The notes beneath the pieces were generated by a model. The model was given only the letters and a program-made list of their open reading frames with translations, was not told where the DNA came from and did no database searches. From Oculatellaceae cyanobacterium bins.114 (GTDB lineage Bacteria; Cyanobacteriota; Cyanobacteriia; Elainellales; Elainellaceae), in NCBI GenBank assembly GCA_033764315.1, contig JANRJA010000184.1, positions 1-27,044 on the forward strand: DNA of 27,044 nt, written 5' to 3'. Positions 9,591 to 16,984 of the stretch are shown here, one piece after another. A program made the translations under genes and the position numbers. Each line of letters opens with the position of its first letter. The first letter of the stretch is position 1.

Positions 9591-11465
9591 TTAACTCATG
9601 TACTCTTTGATATGTTCAGCCAGTCTAAGTGCTAGAGCACCCAGCGTGAGAGAAGGATTTGCGGTTGGAATGTATGGAAAAACCGATAGATCACAGCAGT
9701 ACAAATTATCGTACTCATGAAATTTTAGGTGATTATCAACAACACCTTTGCCAAGCCCACCTATCCTCAGAGATCCACCCGTGTGGTAGGTTTCGGATTC
9801 CTCTCGATATTTAAGAGGTTTTTTAGCTGTAGACGGATCGACACCCAAAATTTTAAGGACTTGGTTCTTCAATTCAGTTGCTTCTTTTTCAAAGGGACGA
9901 TCTTGCATAGGTGCTACATTGACTATGGGTCGTGCCTCACCTCGTTTGACCCAGTTAGAATCGTTGAGTGCCCTGGGAAAAAGAAACTTGATGGTAGATT
10001 TAATCGGCGCATCATCATCTCCAAGTTTCTCTTTGTATAGATCATCATCCTCATAGCGAGGCTCCCAAAACCGATGGTTGATTGCAATCTCACAACTAAA
10101 CTTATTTGTATTTCCAGCGTCTGGGTTGGGCAGAAGAAATAGTTTAGCCTGGTCTCTTGGAGTGACGGCTATCGACCTTCGTGGAATTTCAAAATCTAGT
10201 GCCGCGCTTTGGTGATCAGTAAGACCATAACCAATTTTTCTGCTTTGATCATTCAGTCCGCTTCTGACAGCAATGCAAGGACTCTCTGTGGCTCCGGCAG
10301 CTAGAACAACGACATTTCCCCGATAGATTCGTTCCTTGTGGTTGATGAGATCCTGGCATACAACCCCAGTTACCTTTCGTCCGTCCCATTCAAGCCTGGT
10401 CACCAGGTGATTGAGATTGATTGTAATATTTTCTCCGCCAGTCCCCATATCAGGATAACTGACAGAGTTGAGTAATAGAGCTGCGGTAGAGAAGTAACCG
10501 GTTGGGCGCTCATCTGGATTACCCTGTCGCATTGTAATCCATGACATTTCTTGATGGTAGCTTCTAGGCAAATGCCGTACCTTATACTCGGGCAGTTCCT
10601 CTTCGATACGAGCCCGAAGAACTTTTTCGTAGTTGTTGTATTCGGTTCTCATTCGGAACAGCCTTTCTGCTCTCGTATATCCGCCTTTTTCAAGATAGTC
10701 AACGATGTCTTTATCCCAGTGCTCCAAATCCCATTTGTTCATTCTGGGAATCACAGATGACCAATAGAGCGATCGCCCTCCCAAGTTCAGGTGTACATCT
10801 TTTGTCAGTTTTGATCCTGGCTCGTTGTCATATGCTACCGATTTTCTTACATCCACCTCCGAGGCAGGAATAGGAGAGTTGCCGATATGAGAGGGCAAAT
10901 GAACTGATCCTGCTTCTAGTACAAGAACAGACATTCCTGAATCCGATAGCTGGTCAGCCAGGATTCCACCTCCCATCCCAGATCCAATGACAATGACATC
11001 ATATTTCTGCTCAGTATCTAAATTGCTAGGCACATATCGGCGGGAAAAATCTGTTTCCTCATTGAGTAAGTTTTCAATACCATGGGAATACCTCTTTTCG
11101 TAGCTGGGGAATGAAATATCTTGATCGGTAAACTTAACTTCTTGCTGATCAGTACAATGCTGATCAGTGCAAACGACAAACTGGCTATGCCCCATCACAC
11201 TGACAATCAAATTCTTATCCTTCTCCATCAAAACGACAATCGGGTCCTGCTTCATTGCAATATTCTCATTAACCTTAAATTGAAGAGTAGCCTTCTCCGC
11301 ACTCCAGGGTAAATGAACCGAGTACTGCCACTTCTTATCAACGTACTCGCCCCGGATTAGCCCTGAAGAAAACGATTCGGGGCAAGAAACAGTAATCTCA
11401 TTGGCAGGGATAAGATGCTCATTCGTAGTTGCAAAGCTGACCTTGAGAACTCTTGGTTCTTTCAT
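9591..11465 (-). CDS. GMC-family FAD oxidoreductase with ~150-aa N-terminal extension
   Basis: YDVIVIGSGMGGG dinucleotide-binding motif, VLVLEAG, LGGRSLYW, VVLAAGATES, YHTGGS and NLYCCDLSVFP...ANPSLT (His/Asn pair). Confidence 0.9.
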   Translation of the reverse strand: MKEPRVLKVSFATTNEHLIPANEITVSCPESFSSGLIRGEYVDKKWQYSVHLPWSAEKATLQFKVNENIAMKQDPIVVLMEKDKNLIVSVMGHSQFVVCTDQHCTDQQEVKFTDQDISFPSYEKRYSHGIENLLNEETDFSRRYVPSNLDTEQKYDVIVIGSGMGGGILADQLSDSGMSVLVLEAGSVHLPSHIGNSPIPASEVDVRKSVAYDNEPGSKLTKDVHLNLGGRSLYWSSVIPRMNKWDLEHWDKDIVDYLEKGGYTRAERLFRMRTEYNNYEKVLRARIEEELPEYKVRHLPRSYHQEMSWITMRQGNPDERPTGYFSTAALLLNSVSYPDMGTGGENITINLNHLVTRLEWDGRKVTGVVCQDLINHKERIYRGNVVVLAAGATESPCIAVRSGLNDQSRKIGYGLTDHQSAALDFEIPRRSIAVTPRDQAKLFLLPNPDAGNTNKFSCEIAINHRFWEPRYEDDDLYKEKLGDDDAPIKSTIKFLFPRALNDSNWVKRGEARPIVNVAPMQDRPFEKEATELKNQVLKILGVDPSTAKKPLKYREESETYHTGGSLRIGGLGKGVVDNHLKFHEYDNLYCCDLSVFPYIPTANPSLTLGALALRLAEHIKEYMS

Positions 11466-11697
11466 AAAAATCTCCGTGTATAGTTGTTACTCCTGATCTT
11501 GTTTGGAGATGTGCAATCAAGTTTCCCCAATTCCGTAGTAATCAATGTAACAATGCACATCTAAGCCTTTGAAAATGCTGTTTAGAGGCAATAAAAGAGC
11601 GAAATAGCAGACTTGCAATAACATTCTCTTGCATCCTTCTAATTTGCTACAGAAATTAATTTTTCTGGCAGCATCAAAAAACTCTCTCAACTACCTG

Positions 11698-11765
11698 CTG
11701 AGCAATCGCAAGTCTATCTCTTAAATGAATTTTTTAGAATGAGTAGATATGATGTTTCGTTCCAT
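11698..11765 (-). pseudogene. Truncated copy of the 52-aa ORF
   Basis: MERNIISTHSKKFI then TAA where the intact copy has AAA; similarity is lost after about 11698. Confidence 0.65.
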
Positions 11766-11935
11766 GATGATTTCTCCTGATTGAATGGGTGCACTCATAT
11801 TTGGGAAGTGACCAATGAGGGATACCACTTTGAATGGCGATCGCAACAAATGAACGACTGAGATATGTAGTCAGCAGTACTGTCGCAATCTAAAATCTAA
11901 GATCCTCAATTGAATGTCCCAATCGAGCTTACCTT

Positions 11936-11978
11936 GTTACATCCAGTTAGTAGGTGTCAGTGTTTTGAACTGATGCAG
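11936..11978 (-). promoter_or_regulatory. 43-bp motif, copy C (upstream of GMC / GH13 unit)
   Basis: + strand gttacatc cagttagtag gtgtcagtgt tttgaactga tgcag. Confidence 0.65.
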
Positions 11979-12050
11979 TTGGAGAGTGAACATAATTGCA
12001 ATGGAGAAAGTTATGTCAAAGATCGATAACGTTGTTGGCATTTTTCTAAA

Positions 12051-12380
12051 GATGTTGAGTTTTTGCTGGAACTGCTGGCTAAACTCCTCAAAACCTTGTT
12101 GAGAGACGTGAGTAATTCCCGTCTCGTCAATTTCCAGTTCATCTTCAATGATCGCTTCAATACCATCAGAGTCGGGGAGGCTTAACACCAAACGACTGCA
12201 CAAAGCCCGATAGGTAGACTGCCAGATACGATAGAATTCCACCAAGTCTGGGGCAGTGGGTAAGCTGCCAACCACCTGCTCGGCTTGGAACGACTGCTCT
12301 GTCTACAGGCAAACTGTAATTTGAGGAAAGCCCTGGGATAGATCCCCATTCCCCAAATTGATGACAACAGTCTTGCTCGT
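12051..12380 (-). pseudogene. Decayed N-terminal fragment of a CHAT-domain protein paralogous to 2771..7495
   Basis: Reads (ACG)SKTVVINLGNGDLSQGFPQITVCL*TEQSFQAEQVVGSLPTAPDLV... vs MSKSVIIKLGSGDLYQGFPRVTVQLWAVGNPLPEQFIGTLPAAPTLV. ACG sits at the start position, TAG (12303-12305) aligns to Trp26, and similarity ends after about 110 codons. Confidence 0.85.
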
Positions 12381-12381
12381 C

Positions 12382-13443
12382 TTAAAGTTCAAATGCTTCC
12401 CTGACATCGATGTTATGCAAACTGACTTTAATACTGAAGCCAGTTCCTGGCTTTCCTTTGAAGGGCTTTAGCTGAATGTAATTGTCCTGTTCTCTAGATT
12501 GCACCTCCTGTAGAATTTTGTCTACGTTAGATAATAATGTCAATTTAAGCTGTGCAGGTAAAACTTGTGCCCCTTGAGCAGGTAAAACCTGAACATTAAC
12601 ACCAATTTTCTCCTCACTTTCAGGAGTAACCGTGACCAGTAGTACAATGGCTTGATCCCCTAACTGCAACCCGAAATTAATCAGTTTGCCTCCCTTTGCA
12701 CCCAACGCAGCCTGACGGGTACTCCACGCCAGATTCGCTTCTGGATTGATCAGCGTTTCAATGGTTTGCCAGCCTTCTTCCAGAACTCCCTGCAACCATT
12801 GACTCAATCGAGTTCTCATAGTGCCAGAATCAGCTAGTGGTAGTACTTTAATTCGTTGATCCAACGCAGTTGGAATCGCAATGGTACTGGGTTCTAGATG
12901 TTGGACATAAACCATCAGATGATTGATCTCAGCATCTAAAGCTGATAGTGGCAGCAAACAAACTTCATCGGGTTGTGATGAAACCACAGGGTTGGCTTGA
13001 ATTGCGAGTTCGTCATACCGTAAAAAACCTCTCACGATCGCTTGCTCTTGTTCTTCTAGAACTTCTAATACGACGTAGAAGTGAGCGGCTAAATCTGGCT
13101 GTTCAATCACAAGTTTAGGAACTCTGACAATTTCATCTAGCATCTGTTCTGTGGCAATTAAACACAGTTGAAAATCACCCACTCGGAGATAACAACTATT
13201 CACAAGTTCATGAGTATTGTGTTGAATTGGGTAGCAAATGGGTAACCGTTCTCTCAACCAGGCTTCAAATGAAAGCATCCCTAAAACATTGAGATAGGTT
13301 TGCCACTGTTGTGACTCATCTTGTAAGCGATTCCCAGCAAGGGTGCTGATTGCTCTGGCTTGCTCGAAGTACTCCGGTTCTAACCACAGGGTTTCCGGTA
13401 ATTGAAGTCTCAGGTCTGTTGTATGCAGTGAATGGTTAACCAT
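12382..13443 (-). CDS. DUF1822 family protein
   Basis: Typical cyanobacterial DUF1822 patterns: WQTYLNVL...F..WL.ERLP, AAHFYVVLEV.EE....VRGFLRYD, LSQWLQG..EEGWQ.IE.L, LP..LKL.LL, DNYIQL. Confidence 0.85.
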   Translation of the reverse strand: MVNHSLHTTDLRLQLPETLWLEPEYFEQARAISTLAGNRLQDESQQWQTYLNVLGMLSFEAWLRERLPICYPIQHNTHELVNSCYLRVGDFQLCLIATEQMLDEIVRVPKLVIEQPDLAAHFYVVLEVLEEQEQAIVRGFLRYDELAIQANPVVSSQPDEVCLLPLSALDAEINHLMVYVQHLEPSTIAIPTALDQRIKVLPLADSGTMRTRLSQWLQGVLEEGWQTIETLINPEANLAWSTRQAALGAKGGKLINFGLQLGDQAIVLLVTVTPESEEKIGVNVQVLPAQGAQVLPAQLKLTLLSNVDKILQEVQSREQDNYIQLKPFKGKPGTGFSIKVSLHNIDVREAFEL

Positions 13444-13455
13444 GATTTATTTCCT

Positions 13456-14922
13456 CTATGCGTTTTGTTCAACGTAATGTTTTAGTTGCTGGGCATATAC
13501 GCTATCTAGCAACCGATTTTTCCCTGCCTTGATTTCAGACACTGCCGCTGTAAAGATCTCAGCATCAACAAATGCCTCAATCTGTTCAGTGAGTGTTTTG
13601 AGGTAGTTCGGCTCAGGGGGCATAGAGGCGAACCCTTGGGATTGGGCTTTTTCTAAAATTGGCTGCAACAGTTGCTGCACCATTAACCTACGGACGTTAC
13701 TCAACAAGTCCCCTAGATTGAGAATGCGTCGGGTCTGATCCCAACTGCTCATCCCTAACTGCGGACCAATGTCTTTGAGAGACAATCCCGCACAGTAGTA
13801 GAGACGCAAGCCAGGAATAAAGCAGGAAGCGAAGGGAGCATATCGCTTGCTTTTTTCGAGTTGAGCGATCTGAGTTTGAATCGCGTTTGCAATGGATTGA
13901 GCTAATGCAATCTCCAGTTGTTGGTGCAGAAACTCTAGAAATTCTTGCTCCTCTGCATCCAGTTCATTTAAGGAGTGGGTGGGTACATCTACTCTCAGGG
14001 TATAATTGCCATCCTCATTTTGAATTTCTAGGGGAGTTCTATAACTCCAGATATCATATTGTCGCAACTGTTTTGCCGCTTGCTTCAGTCCCTTCATCAG
14101 CTCAAGCGTTTTGAGAGAGATGCCTTGTTGCTGAAGTAAACTAGCCATTTCACTCAGTTGTAACTCATTCGGGTCTAGACAACGACCCACGTGTTGCTGC
14201 TGTCGGCGATCGCGTCTGTAAACGGCATGAAATGCTTCTACTAAAAGGCGATCGCACTCTGATAACTGTTCTAGCTGTTTGGGTCTAGCTCTGTTCAGCA
14301 GTGCCCAATCGCTCAGATGCTGAAATCCAAACTCCGACAGGAAAGCCTTTAATTCTGAATGTTGTTTAGTTTGTAAGAAAGCCCAATTATCCAAACTCAT
14401 GCTGGCTTGAGAATTCGGCTTATAGGTACGCAACACCTCCACAGTAAAAATCTTGTAGGTTATAGTTTGGGTTTCATCCACATCATTCAGCTTCAGTTGG
14501 GTAGATCCTTCCTCGTCTAAAAGAATGAGTGCCTTCCCATCATCATTAAGCACAAAGGGTAGCAAATCTCGGTAGGTAAACTGCTTGTTATCCCCTGTAA
14601 ACAAACTGTCAATCGTCTGGCAAGCCTTAAGAATGGGATAGGATACACGACATCTCAAGCAAAGACCAGCCTGGGCACGACTGGTTGTGTCAGCGTTCGA
14701 TTGCTTGTCACGAAATCGGGTGAGCAGAGCTGCTTGGATATCTCTAGTCTGAGAAGGAGAAAGATCGGAGAACTGTTGCTGAAAAAATTCCTGTATTGGG
14801 GGAATTGAGTAGTACTCATAGCCAACCCTTTCCCTGCTGAGGCTGATCCGGCAAAGAGTCCAGTATGTTGACGATGCATCCATGCTACTTATCTTCTCCT
14901 GATGTTCCCTACATGTTCTCAT
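13456..14922 (-). CDS. Conserved cyanobacterial sigma-70-like / HTH protein upstream of DUF1822
   Basis: Region-2-like segment (VLRTYKPNSQASMSLDNWA) and region-4-like HTH (LRLYYCAGLSLKDIGPQLGMSSWDQTRRIL). Start may be the ATG at 14883 (MDASS, AGGAG upstream). ORF is solid; sigma function is inferred. Confidence 0.65.
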   Translation of the reverse strand: MRTCREHQEKISSMDASSTYWTLCRISLSRERVGYEYYSIPPIQEFFQQQFSDLSPSQTRDIQAALLTRFRDKQSNADTTSRAQAGLCLRCRVSYPILKACQTIDSLFTGDNKQFTYRDLLPFVLNDDGKALILLDEEGSTQLKLNDVDETQTITYKIFTVEVLRTYKPNSQASMSLDNWAFLQTKQHSELKAFLSEFGFQHLSDWALLNRARPKQLEQLSECDRLLVEAFHAVYRRDRRQQQHVGRCLDPNELQLSEMASLLQQQGISLKTLELMKGLKQAAKQLRQYDIWSYRTPLEIQNEDGNYTLRVDVPTHSLNELDAEEQEFLEFLHQQLEIALAQSIANAIQTQIAQLEKSKRYAPFASCFIPGLRLYYCAGLSLKDIGPQLGMSSWDQTRRILNLGDLLSNVRRLMVQQLLQPILEKAQSQGFASMPPEPNYLKTLTEQIEAFVDAEIFTAAVSEIKAGKNRLLDSVYAQQLKHYVEQNA

Positions 14923-14924
14923 CT

Positions 14925-14967
14925 ACTCACCTGCATTAATAGATGCAGATCTTTTGAACTGATGCAG
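14925..14967 (-). promoter_or_regulatory. 43-bp motif, copy D (upstream of the sigma-like gene)
   Basis: + strand actcacct gcattaatag atgcagatct tttgaactga tgcag. Keeps the tttgaactgatgcag and tagRtg blocks at identical spacing; lacks the gttacatc block. Confidence 0.6.
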
Positions 14968-14983
14968 TGCTCTTTAAAACCCC

Positions 14984-15389
14984 TGAAATGACCCCCTATT
15001 TTCGGACAGGAAGCTAAGAGTAGTATTCTTGTTCTTGAAAGGGGGCAATTATGGCGGTAAACCGTCGTCAATACAGTGCAGAATTTAAGGCAAAAGTTGT
15101 TTTATAAGTGCTCAGGGGTGAGAAAACATCAAGCGAACTGTGTCGAGCACACAAGCTGAATCCGAATGTCTTGAACCGCTGGCGCAAAGAATTTCCGGAA
15201 CAGGCATCGAGTATTTTTGAGTGGGGTGAAGCGGGCAGTGAGAGGGCAGTTGACAGTACAGCTTGAAATTGCAAAAAAAACATTGAGCTACTTGAGCCAA
15301 GGCAAAAACGGGAGGTGGTGATGCAGTTGAGCCAAGAGTATCCCAATGCAACACTGTGTGAGGTGTTGAACTACCCACGAAGTCAGGTC
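14984..15389 (+). mobile_element. Truncated, decayed IS3-family insertion sequence (left IR, orfA, start of orfB)
   Basis: IRL-like TGAAATGACCCCCTATTTTCGGACA at 14984. orfA from 15051 reads MAVNRRQYSAEFKAKVVL*VLRGEKTSSELCRAHKLNPNVLNRWRKEF (TAA at 15105). An internal deletion/frameshift precedes GQLTVQLEIAKK, then an A8 slippery run and orfB start (VMQLSQEYPNATLCEVLNYPRSQV), cut off at the CRISPR repeat. Confidence 0.88.
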
Positions 15390-16561
15390 TTTGGTTGCGA
15401 CCTGAACTGTCCAACCGCGTTGGAGTAGACCAGAGGTTTCAATCCCCTTGCGGGGAAGTGTTTGGTTGCGACCTACTGCAACTAATAGGGGCGATCGCCC
15501 AATCGCTACAGTTTCAATCCCCTTGCGGGGAAGTGTTTGGTTGCGACCATCGCAAACTCAGGAGACAACGTTAGCTCAACAGTTTCAATCCCCTTGCGGG
15601 GAAGTGTTTGGTTGCGACTTCACCAGATGGCGTAGAGAGCAGATAGAAATCTGTTTCAATCCCCTTGCGGGGAAGTGTTTGGTTGCGACAATAATTGGGT
15701 ATTAGTGGGAGGAAAGACTATTAAGTTTCAATCCCCTTGCGGGGAAGTGTTTGGTTGCGACACCGAGCATTACAAGAGATGGGATGAAAACGGGTGGTTT
15801 CAATCCCCTTGCGGGGAAGTGTTTGGTTGCGACCACTGTCGCTAACGGGTCGGATTACCAGACCCATTGTTTCAATCCCCTTGCGGGGAAGTGTTTGGTT
15901 GCGACTAGTGTGTCTACTACCCCTGGTATTTCTCTGGTTGTTTCAATCCCCTTGCGGGGAAGTGTTTGGTTGCGACCAACCGGGTAAGGGGGCGGAACTG
16001 TTAATGAGCTATGTTTCAATCCCCTTGCGGGGAAGTGTTTGGTTGCGACACTTCTCGCATAGCGTGGATCAGGTAGACGACTTTGTTTCAATCCCCTTGC
16101 GGGGAAGTGTTTGGTTGCGACCTCGATTTTGTTGCCTCGTGCCCATCGGGTCGCGTTGAGCCGTTTCAATCCCCTTGCGGGGAAGTGTTTGGTTGCGACC
16201 AAAATGTAGTTTAGTTTGTATCTTGGAGTATTTGTTTCAATCCCCTTGCGGGGAAGTGTTTGGTTGCGACTGCTAAAAAGGTTAAAAATAAATCCATTAC
16301 GGTGGCGTTTCAATCCCCTTGCGGGGAAGTGTTTGGTTGCGACATCACTATGATGTTTCTGTCAAACGCTAGACGGATGTTTCAATCCCCTTGCGGGGAA
16401 GTGTTTGGTTGCGACGGTGTAAATTTCTTCGATGGCATTACGCAACCTTAGTGTTTCAATCCCCTTGCGGGGAAGTGTTTGGTTGCGACGATAGTGAAAC
16501 TCACGAGCAATCAAATCAACTTGAGTTTCAATCCCCTTGCGGGGAAGTGTTTGGTTGCGAC
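15390..16561 (-). CRISPR. CRISPR array: 16 identical 37-bp repeats + one 12-bp partial repeat, 16 spacers (34-41 bp)
   Basis: Minus-strand repeat GTCGCAACCAAACACTTCCCCGCAAGGGGATTGAAAC (TCCCC/GGGGA hairpin, ATTGAAAC 3' end, resembling cyanobacterial type III repeats). Full repeats start at 15436, 15511, 15582, 15653, 15725, 15797, 15869, 15940, 16013, 16085, 16163, 16234, 16307, 16379, 16453, 16525; partial at 15390-15401. Confidence 0.98.
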
Positions 16562-16811
16562 TGCGACCGTATGAAACTCTTCCTATATTTAGTTTTCAAG
16601 GTGCGATTGCGCGGATGTCGGATAGTATAGCACCTCCAGCCACATTTGATCCACCAATCGCCTCTCCACATATCCATCAAACCTTTATTTCATCAACTTT
16701 TGAGCGATCGCGCGGATCTGTTTTGGGGGGCGATCGCCTCTATCCCTTATCCCATCTGCCTTACCGCCCTTAATCAGATAACCATTCACAAAACAGCTAC
16801 CCATCCGCGCA
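16562..16811 (-). promoter_or_regulatory. CRISPR leader with extended -10 promoter and repeated GCGCGGAT motifs
   Basis: Minus-strand TGCTATACT at 16624-16632. GCGCGGAT at 16609 and 16710, inverted copy at 16803. Lies on the 5' side of the ATTGAAAC-oriented array. Confidence 0.7.
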
Positions 16812-16867
16812 CCAGGGTTAACTCGATTCAAGTCAAGGCATGTATCCATAGAGCACTTTTGAAGTTG

Positions 16868-16906
16868 ATGAGGTACAAAAAGGGGTGGAACCCCCTTATA
16901 CCTCAT
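16868..16906 (-). terminator. Extended hairpin; intrinsic-terminator-like on the minus strand
   Basis: ATGAGGTA...AAGGGG-tggaac-CCCCTT..TACCTCAT; the minus strand reads GGGG-ttcca-CCCC-TTTTT. Confidence 0.45.
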
Positions 16907-16947
16907 GAATATGAAATACGCTGTATTCTTCACAAGACTCTGATTAA

Positions 16948-16984
16948 GAAGCTCAAACAACTATCTCCATTGGGGGATGGAAGC
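16948..16984 (+). repeat. Solitary degenerate CRISPR-repeat-like unit upstream of cas6
   Basis: TCTCC-attg-GGGGA-TGGAAGC vs array TCCCC-gcaa-GGGGA-TTGAAAC: 14/21 identity at the 3' end with the same stem-loop-handle geometry. Confidence 0.5.

Larger units (their letters stand above)
11698..11978. repeat. ~285-bp diverged direct duplication, copy 2
   Basis: Aligns to 2026-2314 in the same orientation. Confidence 0.9.

Noticed and set aside
11937..12367. 112-aa and 61-aa ORFs as independent genes
   Set aside because: The 112-aa ORF is the post-stop part of the CHAT pseudogene running into non-homologous sequence; the 61-aa ORF is an off-frame shadow.
15068..15414. Minus-strand 92-aa and 100-aa ORFs
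   Set aside because: Antisense shadows of the + strand IS3 transposase remnant.
15619..15652. Spacer starting ttcaccagatggc as self-targeting the WD40 FSPDG repeats
   Set aside because: Similarity is limited to about 12 nt; the rest does not match any WD40 repeat in the window and hits a stop in that frame.
15448..16773. Several ORF-track entries across the CRISPR array and leader
   Set aside because: They are translations of repeats and spacers (recurring FQSPCGEVFGC / SIPLRGSVWLR), not genes.
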